A DNA stretch of 64,000 bases from Macrostomum lignano (Eukaryota), in the NCBI GenBank assembly GCA_002269645.1, contig NIVC01001580.1, positions 201,765 through 265,764 of the forward strand. Direction: 5' to 3'. Both the position numbers and the translations under genes were made by a program. The notes beneath the pieces were generated by a model that was not told where the DNA came from, made no database searches, and saw only the letters and a program-made list of their open reading frames with translations. Each line of letters opens with the position of its first letter. Within the stretch, counting starts at the first letter, position 1. Below, piece by piece: positions 47,599 through 58,772 of this stretch.

Positions 47599-48894
47599 AT
47601 GAAAACTTTTAAAAGTTGTCATAGAGACCTCTATGAGGTCTGTATAAGCTGCGAAGTGTGCCTGCTTGGAGGCGTGTCCCCAAGACACCACGAGAATGAG
47701 AACTGTCTGGTCTCATGCTGGTTGGCATGCGACCAGTGCGGCACCGTCGAAGCTCTGCAGGAGGGAAAAATTCCAGCATATCATCGAGGACACAGGATCG
47801 TCAGCGATGACAAGAAAAAGCAAGAAAGTAACCGCTGGAAAGTAATCCGCGCCATCAAAAAGAGCAACGAGAGAGAAAAGAAGATCCAGCAGAAAAAGGG
47901 AGCCAGCAGGAGTCTGCTATCAGCTCACTTGAGTCAAGTAATTGACTCTACATTGAAGAGGATGAGGCCAAGCGGGTCTTCAGCAGCTGCAGAATTTGAA
48001 GTTGAGCTGTCTGCTGGAGTCGAGGCTGCTGGAGTCGAGGCTGCTGGAGTCGAGGCTGCTGGAGTCGAGGCTGCTGGAGTCGAGGCCGCTGGAGTCGAGG
48101 CTGCTGGAGTCGAGGCTGCTGGAGTCGAGGCTGCTGGAGTCGAGGCCGCTGGAGTCGAGGCTGCTGGAGTCGAGGCTGCTGGAGTCGAGGCTGCTGGAGT
48201 CGAGGCTGCTGCTGTCATAAACTTCATAGAGGAAGATGTCCTGGATCAGTTCCTCAGGGAATTCAACGCTGGTCAGCAGCAGCAGCAACCTGTCTCTTCG
48301 GTTCCGGTGATTGCTGGAAAACAACTTCATCTAATTGAAGACGACCACGAAATGGAAATCCTAGAAGAGGAGGGCAGCGACAATGAGTCGCATAATGCAA
48401 TTGTGCCACCTGCAGCTCCAGCCGCCCCAGCTGCTCTGGCCGCCCCAGCTGCTCTGGCCGCCCCAGCTGCTCTGGCCGCCCCAGCTGCTCTGGCCGCCCC
48501 AGCTGCTCTGTCCGCCCCAGCTGCTCTGGCCGCCCCAGCTGCTCCAGCCGCCCCAGCTGCTCTGGCCGCCCCAGCTGCTCTGGCCGCCCCAGCTGCTCCA
48601 GCCGCCCCAGCTGCTCTGGCCGCCCCAGCTGCTCCAGCCGCCCCAGCTGCTCTGGCCGCCCCAGCTGCTCTGGCCGCCCCAGCTGCTCTGGCCGCCCCAG
48701 CTGCTCCAGCCGCCCCAGCTGCTCTGGCTGCCCCAGCTGCTCCAGCCGCCCCAGCTGCAGCCTCTACAATTCCAGCTTCTCAATCCGAAACTCCACCCGT
48801 GCCAGCTGGAGTTGCCTTCTTTCTGCCTCCTGTCGGCGGGGCTGGGTACGAGGTAACGATTTTCGAAAATCGTATTAGAATTGTGCCGCTGTGA
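47599..48894 (+). CDS. Left-end Polinton accessory protein: Cys/His-rich N-terminus, basic helix, (GVEAA)n and (APAAL/P)n repeats
   Basis: 431-aa ATG-initiated ORF with upstream TATA; CISC...HH...C...C..CDQC...H..H; repeat units of 15 and 18/9 nt keep frame. Confidence 0.65.
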   Translation: MKTFKSCHRDLYEVCISCEVCLLGGVSPRHHENENCLVSCWLACDQCGTVEALQEGKIPAYHRGHRIVSDDKKKQESNRWKVIRAIKKSNEREKKIQQKKGASRSLLSAHLSQVIDSTLKRMRPSGSSAAAEFEVELSAGVEAAGVEAAGVEAAGVEAAGVEAAGVEAAGVEAAGVEAAGVEAAGVEAAGVEAAGVEAAGVEAAAVINFIEEDVLDQFLREFNAGQQQQQPVSSVPVIAGKQLHLIEDDHEMEILEEEGSDNESHNAIVPPAAPAAPAALAAPAALAAPAALAAPAALAAPAALSAPAALAAPAAPAAPAALAAPAALAAPAAPAAPAALAAPAAPAAPAALAAPAALAAPAALAAPAAPAAPAALAAPAAPAAPAAASTIPASQSETPPVPAGVAFFLPPVGGAGYEVTIFENRIRIVPL

Positions 48895-49128
48895 CTAAGC
48901 AATTTTTGTACTTTTTTGCTTTCTGTGTGGAGTGAGAAATCTACCCATTTATTGCAATTATTGCTAAAACTTTATTTCAACTAGCTTTTTAAAGTTGAAA
49001 GTAGGTACATTAATTAATGATTTGATCATCTCATAACTCTGTATTCGCTTCTAGGAATCTTGCTTATAAGTTTTCAGTTTTCATTTCCAAATTAGTTTTA
49101 AAAAAAGCTCGTAGCTCGTAGTGGCAAC

Positions 49129-51097
49129 CACAGATACTATAAACACTAGATAGGCCACTCCAGCTAATTTTCACAACACGACAGTTTACTCTACTTTCTG
49201 CTTAGTAGTAGTAAAAACATTTTAGCGTTATTTATATTTTTTAAAAATAAAAAAAACAGATGAATGCAATGCAGCAATTGTATTGATTTTTTTGCAAAAA
49301 GACACTTATAATTATACTTTCCACAATTCAAAGCAACATTGTGAATGCTTTAGATTGCATAGAAGGCTATATTATTGCAGTCAACTATTGTATATTTAGC
49401 AAATACGAGCTATATCATATACTCCATAATCCATATTCGTGTAGCAAAATAGAAAGATTTCTCATCTTAATCAGCTCATCTGTTTGTGAAACTCGCAGCG
49501 TGCTGTTGAAGAACAGGGTCGCCAGTCGCCCTTGTTCAGAGGCAGCATTCAGAACGGCCCAACAGATGAAAAAAACTGGCGAATGCGCCACTTCAAGGTC
49601 CAGGGATGTATCCGATGGAGAGCCAATCCTCAGTGGTTTCGTAACAGGCAGCCGATAAGCAGCAGGACTTTTGTGGTGCAGCTGCAATGAGCTGCTGATG
49701 AGATGACATCCTTTGACCAGAGCACCCCTGACTGCGAGCGCCCTGCCGCCCAGTCGACCGCTGGAAGCTGCGCTAGCCACGCCTCCACAGTCCATGGATG
49801 CACGACTGCGCTGCACTTGCCTTGACCATCGAATGTTGCCGCTGCAGCCGCTTGATTTGCCTGTCGCTTTCGGGATTGCCGCTGCAGCCGCTTGATTTGC
49901 CTGTCGTTTTCGGGATTGCCGCTGCAGCCGCTTGATTTGCCTGTCGCTTTCGGGATTGCCGCTGCAGCCGCTTGATTCGCCTGTCACTTTCGGCCTCGGG
50001 ATCGTTGCTGCAGCCGCTTGATCGTTGCCTCTAGCGCTTGGAACCCGCGAATCGGCTGCAAAGGTGAGAGCTTTCAGCCGCAACAGCTGTTCTCGGCGCA
50101 GAATCTGGTAGCCGAAGGTTGCTCTGCCACAGCACTGGCAGCAGGCAAGTCGCAGGCTCGGCTGCAGATAGATTGCTAATTGGCCCCAGCACTGGAGGGT
50201 ACATGTCGTCTGCCTCTTCATCGTTTATCAGTCCTTTGCACAGAGGGTAGCTGGTCTATTTGAACGAGCCGAGGCAGCATCAACTCTTGGTGTGGGATTG
50301 CGTCCCAGCGAAAACAGATGTCTTGCACATCCGTGGCACTTTGTAAGGCAGCAGTAGGCCTCGTCCATAAAGTGCAAGCTGAACACACGGAGGCCCCGTG
50401 ATTTAATTGTTTATAAAGGTCAATATCCACGCTCCTGCAGTAGCTGCTGCCAGCGCTTCGCCAGTGTCATCTTTTGGTAATTTATGCATTCGCAACGGAT
50501 TTTTCTTTCTCGGATGTTAATAGCACTAGTACAAAGCTCGTGCAAGTGGGAGCACAGCAGTGGTTCGAATCAAAACATTTCTCGAGTACAAGATTAGATA
50601 GAAAAGCTAGTATGCACTCGAACTTTCTTTAACTCTGACTCTTGTCCTGTTCATCTATATAAGCTTGTATTTAAGCACGATTCGCCACCCCAAATTTTCT
50701 AACCCACAACCTCTCAACCCCCACCCCTAACCCAGGCTAGCTATGTGCAGTCCTTTATTTTCTATCCCACCACCAGTGGGCCTAAATTATCGATCCACTC
50801 ACCCTGCCTTATACGAAACTGATATTAACCCTATTCCAGACTACCCCCCTTCCTCCACTTTGAAAGATAGCGGCATTGCACACTGTCTGTCGCGTCTTAA
50901 TGTACACCATTACTGCACAAAACAAGTTAGTTGTTTATGGCGTTAGCAAAACGATGTCTTAAAAACAGTCACTCGATTTGTCTAATTTAGCAAATAATAC
51001 TGTTGCTTCCTTTCATTGCTACTAAGCAGAAAGTAGAATAAAAAACTTGCCCAGAAAATTAGCCTGAGTGGCCTATCTAGTGTTTATAGTATCTGTG
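49129..51097 (-). mobile_element. Decayed, internally deleted P-element-family transposon nested in Polinton copy 2
   Basis: 32-bp perfect TIR CACAGATACTATAAACACTAGATAGGCCACTC, 8-bp TSD GTGGCAAC (49121-28, 51098-105), broken THAP domain (NHCCAPTC / HKLPKD / KRW / RVFSLHF / WDAIP, about 50565..50293) and P-transposase motif SLQLHHKSPAAYRL...PSDTSL. Confidence 0.82.
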
Positions 51098-51757
51098 GTG
51101 GCAACCAATATTTTTTTGGTATCCGAGGTAAAAAAAATTATTTGAAAAGTAGGTGAAACATTATACAGTTGAATTTAACAAATTAAAATCAACATAACAT
51201 ACTTTCAATAAATTGGTGATGGTTTCGTATGCTTGGTGCGATTGATTAGGTATAATTTTCTTTCTACTGCTTTGACGCGGTGTTTCCTCATTCTTTAATT
51301 ATTGAACTTTTCAGCTATATTTCTGCTTCTAAACTCTCGTCTGTATTTGTAATTCATTGTTCCATGCATTGTTTATTGACTATGATTGCACCATGTGAAT
51401 TCGATAATTTTTTTAAAAAAATATATACATATAATGTCAGCATTTTTCCACTCGGTGATTGGTTTGTTAATTAACTATTGGCTTCATTTTGCATTTTTTA
51501 CCGATTGAGTCTGCGTAGGAGGCAAATAGAAACGAACTTTTACGAATAGGGATCAATAGAATATGCATGCAGAGAGCTAGCTTAAGGGAGAACAAAAAAA
51601 ATATAACCAGCATCTACTAGCTTGTAAGTGTGGATATTGTACCAGTATTGCAGCAATAAAGACTTACGAAAAAGATTTCCAATATTCACTCCCAGTTGCT
51701 TATGACACTCAGTTGCAGCCAGTAAACACTGTCAGCTTTTAACTGCTTGCCTTTTCT

Positions 51758-52154
51758 ATGGTTGAGCACTCCTGGATGGAGCAGGAGAATGACCACTCAT
51801 GGATGGAGAATGACCACTCATGGATGGAGAATGACCACTCATGGATGGAGAATGACCACTCATGGATGGAGAATGGCCACTCGTGGATGGAGGATGACCA
51901 CTCGTGGATCGAGTATGACCACCCTTGGGTGGACCATGACGTCAGCAGCGAGTCAGCAGCCAGCAGCGAGTCGGCAGCCAGCAGCGAGTCGGCAGCCAGC
52001 AGCGAGTCGGCAGCCAGCAGCGAGTCAGCAGCCAGCAGCGAGTCAGCAGCCAGCAGCGAGTCAGCAGCCAGCAGCGAGTCAGCAGCCAGCAGCGAGTCAG
52101 CAGCCAGCAGCGAGTCAGCAGCCAACAGCGAGTCGGTGACTGATGCACACCAAG
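51758..52154 (+). CDS. Repeat-rich exon ((ENDHSWM)n, (SSESAA)n), possibly a spliced 5' exon of the TP-PolB gene
   Basis: ATG at 51758, in-frame 21- and 18-nt repeats, strong donor CAAG|GTAAGT at 52154/5 and phase-compatible acceptor TATAG|G at 52345/6. Confidence 0.45.
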
Positions 52155-52577
52155 GTAAGTGCCTTTATTTATCCTTTTCAACTTACTTAAAAATTTTCTT
52201 ATCAATGCGATGTATATTATGCAGTCTAAAATTTTAGTCCAAAGAATGGGAGAAGGGGAGATAAAAGACTTTATACCGGTAGGGTTGTACATGTATGCTT
52301 GGGTACAGACGTTTAGTTTAGTATCTTTGATATTTGAAACTATAGGCAGCAAAAAACAAAAATATTATCCTAAAACCACAAACCAGGTTCAACAGTCAGC
52401 TTCAGCAGAGTTGCCCAAGCCTATGATCAATCACTGGAAATACTGAGGCTCAGATCGAGTCACCCAGACACGCTTCCGTCAGAATTTTTTGTCCAAGCTG
52501 GAGACAAAATTATTGAGGCAGTTCAGCAAAGAATTTCAAGACATCATTACAAAGTTCAGCTAAAGGCGAATATTCGA

Positions 52578-55500
52578 ATGGTCCGAATAAGAGATGGGGA
52601 GATGCTTGCCGAAGAGGACAGATGGATAAGCTGTAAAATGCAGGCCCTAGACCTAGGTGGTGAAGCAGGCCGTTTAAACAACTGGTTGATTGAGCAGGAG
52701 CAGGAGTTGGAGAGGATCTGTAGTATGATTAATACGAACGGCAGTGGCTGGACAATTAAACAAATTAATTTTCTAGACATCAACCTTGCCAGGTACAATC
52801 CAATTCGATTTCGCCAGGGCAGAGCCGTTAGATTCAATCTTCCTGCCAGTTTGAAGAACAAAAAGGCTGTTATCAATCCACCGAGCACAGGCAAAGACTG
52901 TTTCCTGTACGCCTGTCTCGCTGCACTGCACAGCGCCGATCCGAAAGTTCAGAAATCGCCCAACAGAATATCCTCTTACGATGAATGGTTGCGTGAGCTG
53001 GACTTTGCAGAAATCTCCATGCCAGTGAGTGTCGCTGATATCGATCGCGTCGAGTCTAACAATCCAGGAATTTGCATTTCTGCGTTCTCTTGGCAGCAGG
53101 GCAGTGTGACTCTTCTCCGTCGCCGCAAGCATGAGTCAGATGACCGAAGACACCTCATGCTTTTGCTAGTTAAAGACAGCTACGGATCGGAGCACTGGTG
53201 TGCAATTACTAATTTTGACAGGTTAATGAACAGTCGTAATGGTCCCGCCATGAGGAAGTGGTGCACGAAATGTTTAACATCATTTTATAGCAACGAGAGG
53301 CTTCAAGAGCACAGGAACGAATGCAGCATTACTGCAGAAAATCCTGTCAAAGAAACGCTTCCAGTTCCAGGACAGAATGAAATAAAGTTCCGAAACTGTC
53401 AAAACACTGTCAGTCCACCATTCGTTGCCTATGCCGACCTGGAAGCCATTTTGCGAGCGAACACAGACCCTGCTAACCTGATCTCAAAGCATGAACCATG
53501 TGCAGCAGCTTTTCTTGCAGTGCCTCGTGAAGGCATGACAGGACCTCCGCTTAGGCCAGAAGGAGACATGTACAAGGTCTTTTGCAATGCGGACCCTGAT
53601 GAGTGTATCCTTGGTTTTCTCAAATCTCTTGAAAGCCTGGCTCAGGATATATTTCACTGGAACCAGAAGCATAGCCACCAGCCGGCTGACCGATCATCCG
53701 CGACCGTCATGGATGATTTCAATTCTGCTGAGGTATGTCACTACTGCAAGAAGAACTTTAAAAGTTCTACAGATAAACATTTTGACCACGATCATTTAAA
53801 TGGACAGTACAAAGGTGCAGCATGTCAAGAATGCAACCTGCGAGCACAGCTCCGACGCCGGTTTCTGCCCCTGGTTTTTCACAACTTAGGCGGCTACGAC
53901 CTTCATCTTCTACTTTCCACTGCGCTTGGGAGCATGAAAAATTGGAAACTTAGTGTTGTTCCGCAATCATCCGAGCGATACTTGTCACTAAGGGCGGAAT
54001 TCCCTGTTGCAAGTTACGTAAAGAACGGAAAAGTTGTGCCAATCATGTTTACAATTCAGTTCATCGACTCGCTCTGCTTTTTGAAGGGAAGTTTGTCCAA
54101 TTTGTTTGCTAATCTTCCCGAAGCTGAATGCAAGCTGACAATGCAAATGCTTGAGTCAAGACCACATCTTTCAAGAGAGCTACTTCGAAAAAAAGGGATT
54201 TTCCCATATGATTACCTCACAGGATTTGAGATTCTCGAGCAGTCGGTTTTGCCACCTAAAGATGCTTTTTTTAATCGACTTTCCGATAGGGGAATTTCCG
54301 ACGACGACTACAATAGAGCAAGAGCGGCATGGGCGGCATTTCAATGCAAAAGTTTGAAGGATTATATGCTCGCCTATCTTGAAATGGATGTAAGGCAGCT
54401 GGCTGACATTTTCGAGACATTCCGACAGGCCAGTCTGAAAGAGGACGGATTGGATCCGGTACACTACTTTACTACTCCTGGTTTGTCTTACGACTCAGCT
54501 CTAAAGTCGACTGGAGTGGTTCTAGAGCAGCTGACTGATGCTGACATGTATCATCTGTTTGAGAAGGGAATACGAGGAGGCATGTCCTTCATTAATGTGC
54601 ATTGCGTCAAAGGTAATAATCCTAGCTTGCCAGGTTATGATGATCAGCAAGAGAGTGTAAGCCTCATGCCGATCGATATGAACAACTTGTATGGCTTTGC
54701 CCTGTCGCTTCCGCTTCCATGCAGGGAATTCAGGTGGGTACCGGAACAGGAAATCCAGTTCTGGGACTCCAATCGGTTTCTGTCACTCAATCCAGAAGCC
54801 GAGATCGCCTACCTTGTTCAACTCGATCTAGAATACCCAGCTGAGATTCACGATTCGACTCAGGAGTTACCGTTTGCACCTGAAAAATCAAAACCACAGC
54901 CAGATCAATTCTCGCCGTACATGGCCGAACTATGGAAAGAGATTGCTGAACAGCGAACTGGCAATGCTGAAGCTAAGTTTCAAGCAACGGAGAAGCTTCT
55001 ACTCACCTGTACCGACAAGGATTCTTACGTAGTTCACAGCACCGTTTTAAGATTTTACCTGCAACACGGAATGCGGATCAAGTGCGTCAAAAAAATGATT
55101 TCGTTCAAGCAGGAAAATATTTTCGCGCCGTACATTGCCAGCAACAATGAAAAAAGAGCTTTGGCAACTTCCGAGTTTGCTAAGGATTTTTACAAATTGA
55201 AAAACAATTCTCTCTTTGGAAAAACTATGGAGAACGTTCGAAAAAGATGCGATGTTCGAATTTGCACTAACCAGACTCAAGCAGAAACTTGCGCCTCTCG
55301 ACCAAACTGTGCCGCATTCTCGATTATCAATGAGTCGTTGAGCATTTTTCAGCTCAAAAAAGATAAAGTCACGCTTGACAAGGCCATTTTCGTTGGCCAG
55401 GCAGTTCTCGATCTCTCTAAGATGGCCATGTACAGCCTACTATATGACAGGCTCCGACCGCTGTTCTGTCATTCAGACGGTTCCAGAGACATGATGCTTT

Positions 55501-56036
55501 GCGGAGGTGATACTGACTCATTTTTTCTAGCTTTCAAGAATCATGATTTAACATCGGAGGTAATCCCGAAGCTTAGAGAGGAAAAAATACTTGACACATC
55601 CAACTATTCTCGAGACCATCCGCATTTCTCTGAAGAGTTAAAAGGAAAGCTGGGCTGCGTTAAAGATGAATCTGCTGGTGGAATTTACCAGGAGTGGATT
55701 CTTTTGCGTCCAAAACTTTATTCGTTTCTCCCTGCCGAGAATTCGAGTGCAAAGATCAAGAAAACTGCCAAAGGCGTGAAGCAGTCAGTAGTAAGACAGC
55801 AAATTTCGCATGCGAACTATGTCGACGCGTTCGAGTCCAAGCAAGAGCAGATGGTTGCCATGACAGCGATTGTTTCCAAGAAACACGAAATCTTCACGTC
55901 GGTCATGGAGAAAAGAAGCCTATCGGTGTGGGAGGATAAGCGAGTGTGGCTTAGCAGTAATCGAAGCCTGCCCTACGGACACTATGCGCTGACGCCCGCA
56001 TCCCACGATCAGCTGAAGCGCATCCGACTGGTCTAG
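52578..56036 (+). CDS. pPolB: Protein-primed family B DNA polymerase with terminal-protein/vOTU region, Zn finger and EndoVII-like insert (true start probably upstream of a frameshift at about 52557)
   Basis: SGW; DCFLYA...EHWCAI; CTKC..H; ExoI YADLEA; CHYC...DHDHLNG...AACQECN; ExoII FHNLGGYD; KGIFPYDY; ExoIII YLEMDV; Pol motifs DMNNLYG, KLKNNSLFGK, GDTDS. Confidence 0.97.
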   Translation: MVRIRDGEMLAEEDRWISCKMQALDLGGEAGRLNNWLIEQEQELERICSMINTNGSGWTIKQINFLDINLARYNPIRFRQGRAVRFNLPASLKNKKAVINPPSTGKDCFLYACLAALHSADPKVQKSPNRISSYDEWLRELDFAEISMPVSVADIDRVESNNPGICISAFSWQQGSVTLLRRRKHESDDRRHLMLLLVKDSYGSEHWCAITNFDRLMNSRNGPAMRKWCTKCLTSFYSNERLQEHRNECSITAENPVKETLPVPGQNEIKFRNCQNTVSPPFVAYADLEAILRANTDPANLISKHEPCAAAFLAVPREGMTGPPLRPEGDMYKVFCNADPDECILGFLKSLESLAQDIFHWNQKHSHQPADRSSATVMDDFNSAEVCHYCKKNFKSSTDKHFDHDHLNGQYKGAACQECNLRAQLRRRFLPLVFHNLGGYDLHLLLSTALGSMKNWKLSVVPQSSERYLSLRAEFPVASYVKNGKVVPIMFTIQFIDSLCFLKGSLSNLFANLPEAECKLTMQMLESRPHLSRELLRKKGIFPYDYLTGFEILEQSVLPPKDAFFNRLSDRGISDDDYNRARAAWAAFQCKSLKDYMLAYLEMDVRQLADIFETFRQASLKEDGLDPVHYFTTPGLSYDSALKSTGVVLEQLTDADMYHLFEKGIRGGMSFINVHCVKGNNPSLPGYDDQQESVSLMPIDMNNLYGFALSLPLPCREFRWVPEQEIQFWDSNRFLSLNPEAEIAYLVQLDLEYPAEIHDSTQELPFAPEKSKPQPDQFSPYMAELWKEIAEQRTGNAEAKFQATEKLLLTCTDKDSYVVHSTVLRFYLQHGMRIKCVKKMISFKQENIFAPYIASNNEKRALATSEFAKDFYKLKNNSLFGKTMENVRKRCDVRICTNQTQAETCASRPNCAAFSIINESLSIFQLKKDKVTLDKAIFVGQAVLDLSKMAMYSLLYDRLRPLFCHSDGSRDMMLCGGDTDSFFLAFKNHDLTSEVIPKLREEKILDTSNYSRDHPHFSEELKGKLGCVKDESAGGIYQEWILLRPKLYSFLPAENSSAKIKKTAKGVKQSVVRQQISHANYVDAFESKQEQMVAMTAIVSKKHEIFTSVMEKRSLSVWEDKRVWLSSNRSLPYGHYALTPASHDQLKRIRLV

Positions 56037-56616
56037 TGCGGGTGTTTAACAGACTGTTTAGTACTTTTTCTTGCTTTTAGAGTTGTTTAAATTGCCAAAT
56101 TCTGTTTTAAATGTAGTGACTTGCATGTAGTAACTTTTACAAATTTGTATGCTTGGCTAATTGCGCTAGATTTAGCTGTCAATTTGTTTTTGCGGCGTGA
56201 AATATTGATATCAATTTAAGTTTTACTTTTTATAAAGCTGTGGCAAGTGCGCTCATACAATATTAATTCATTTTTGTTTGCTTTGTGTACTACTTGTTTA
56301 AAATGTGTTTTTGGTTTTTATCTGACATAAATTGTTCCTGTAAATTCAATCAGCGTTTTAATCATATTTTCTCTATCACTTTTCTATTTCTCTTCTCTCG
56401 GTGCACATCGTTTGTTATAACGATGGTAGTATTGTTTACTTTCGGATTTGATATGCGTTTTGCGATACTTTTGGTGATGGGCTAAATACGTTTTTGAAGT
56501 GTTCCATAGCTGTCTGCCTGGGAAAATGAATGTAAAGAATACTAAGTTTATCCTTTTATTCACTTTTCACTAATCATTGAAATATTTGCGGCAAATTGCT
56601 TGACTTGACTTTATTT

Positions 56617-57228
56617 TTATTCAATGGAAAGAACTACATTGAGTAGACGCATGCTATCGGTATGCAACTGATTCAAGGACCGAGCTCCACTGAGAACAAA
56701 AGAGCCGCTGTGAAAAAGCAGACATTTACAAAAGTTTAAATTGAAAATTAAAGCAGAAAAGGATTCTGGTTCATATTCGGCGTTTGGGATAATTGATTTT
56801 AACATTAATAAGGAAAGTGCGGAATGAACTGGGAGCTGTCCATGAGCAGTAATAGTTTTAATTCGAACACAAATTGTTTGATGAGGCAGCAGTTGAGCCG
56901 GCACTCTCCGATGCAGCATAGCCACGAAGCGACGGGCAGCCCTTTTGGCGTCTGCGTGGGTCTTGGCACCGCAGATGCTCAGTTGCCCAGTAGGGTAGAG
57001 TAGGAGAGTCACTCTGGGAATCCGCATCCGCTTGATGAGCACCCGGGGCCAGACGGGCCGGTAGATCACATGAGCCATGCTGAGAGCCAGTTCCCGTAGA
57101 GGCAGCTGAGCGCCCCTGCCACCATCCAGTCTCAGATCTACTCCGCCAACCAGATTGGTCACTCTTAGGGCTGTAGCTGGTGGGCTCATTTCGATCGTCA
57201 ACTTCTTCACCAAATCTGCTTCTGCCAA
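56617..57228 (-). CDS. TBP-like factor (copy 2, intact; protein identical to 10417..11028)
   Basis: Same 203-aa translation in the ORF track. Confidence 0.9.
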   Translation of the reverse strand: MAEADLVKKLTIEMSPPATALRVTNLVGGVDLRLDGGRGAQLPLRELALSMAHVIYRPVWPRVLIKRMRIPRVTLLLYPTGQLSICGAKTHADAKRAARRFVAMLHRRVPAQLLPHQTICVRIKTITAHGQLPVHSALSLLMLKSIIPNAEYEPESFSALIFNLNFCKCLLFHSGSFVLSGARSLNQLHTDSMRLLNVVLSIE

Positions 57229-57708
57229 CTTTACTGCTCGTGTGCCACGGACACTGCTCGCTTCTTAAGTTGATGCAGAACTTTGGCTTAAGCCAACTGT
57301 AGTGCAGCAACGAATTTCTCACTGCACAGCCAGTATCTGAATCTTCAGTCGAGGGTGCTCCCAAATCTTCTAGGTTATAAACCTGTCTTCCAAGCAGCTC
57401 AGTCAGAAAAATCGACTTCCTTTCCCCATTTGACCAGATCGGACCACTGGCAATGCTCAGAATGTCTTCCGCCAGTTCCATGTACGGACGGGTTCCATCA
57501 TTCCACTTAAACTGGTGCAGACTCTTAGATAGCTGTCTGTAGTAAACTCGCATGTCAGGTGAGACTCTCTCCCATGGATACGGAGGTGCGTACACATGGT
57601 GAGCAATGTGGTAGCTCCCCGCTCTGATTTGAACAACTGCCAACTCCTTCACAACAAATTTTTTGCTTGTGCTGTTGCACGGAATCCTTGGAAGTCAATG
57701 TAGTTCAT
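56858..57708 (-). pseudogene. Exonuclease-like accessory gene, copy 2 (1-bp deletion near 57680)
   Basis: Collinear with 10658..11509; GGG reduced to GG. Confidence 0.6.
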
Positions 57709-57737
57709 GATGCAGCTTTCCTTCGAAAATTTCGGAG

Positions 57738-58428
57738 TCAGTCCACCTTCTTATATACTTTTCTGGCAGGCAGTTTCAGCCAGGCTGTGTTGCTCCCGTA
57801 CCCCTTGACTAGACTCTCCTGTTCTTTCTCCAGTTCACCCCTCTGCTGGTTGCCATTTTCTTCTTAACTGATTTACCAATAGCGGAAAGCGGAACATTAA
57901 GCTTTTTCTGCTGCAGAAAATCGATGAACTCGTTCCACCCAACTGGTTCACGCTCACATGGCGAATCCCTCACTGCGTGCTGAATCAAGTCCAGTATGTT
58001 TGAGGAAGGGATTGACGTGCCTGCGATTTCCACCTCCCCGTTTTCACAAACTCGAATCAGCTCTGGATTGGTGGACAGGATCGTCCACAGACTGCGAGCC
58101 CTGGTTTTGAATTTCTGTGGCACCGACTTGCTGATCTTCTCTTCCCAGGTGTTATCTGGGGTGTCTCTGTTTTCATCAACTTGGCTTCAGTATTGCGTGC
58201 TCCTTCTTTTCCAGCGTGCTTGCGCTTGGCCAGCAAACTTTGCATTGCACTTTGGTACATGGCGGTTTTCACATCTTCTGGACAATCCTCGGCATACAAG
58301 ATGTCATCGCATTTCTTCTGAGCCTGCTTCAAGTCAGCTTCAGTGGTAGTCTCATTTGGCTTCAAATTCTGCATCAACATCTCATACTCTGCTTTAGGAA
58401 TCAGAACCATTTCTGAAAATTTGTTCAT
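57738..58428 (-). pseudogene. 230-aa conserved Polinton gene, copy 2 (frameshifts near 57841 and 58152)
   Basis: Collinear with 11539..12231. Confidence 0.75.
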
Positions 58429-58761
58429 TTTGCTTCTTCTTCTTTACCAGCTTAAGCAGAATCGGGAGTATTTTGATGAAGCCAGCCTTCAACAAGTCTG
58501 TCTTTCTTCTTTTGTGAGTAATTTTTCGAATTATCTCTTTTGACTTTGCAAGAACAGCTTTTTCATCGAGCGAAAACGATAGATTGTTTTGTAAGAGATT
58601 ATGGCAGGCCTCGACAAGAAAATAACGCACTTCTTTTGGACAATTTTTTATCAACAGCCGCTTGAAGCGCACGGTATATTTAGGTGACGCAAGAACCGCA
58701 AAAAACTTGCATGTGAATCAAGCACTTCCATAGCGATGAAAACAATAGCTGATAAAAACAA
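58394..58761 (-). pseudogene. Small basic conserved gene, copy 2 (1-bp deletion near 58705)
   Basis: Collinear with 12197..12565. Confidence 0.6.
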
Positions 58762-58772
58762 GCTTCACTTTC

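Noticed and set aside
49415-50430. ORFs of 268 and 70 aa as novel Polinton cargo genes
   Set aside because: They lie inside the nested P-element and are mosaics of frameshifted THAP/transposase remnants plus a 40-bp repeat.
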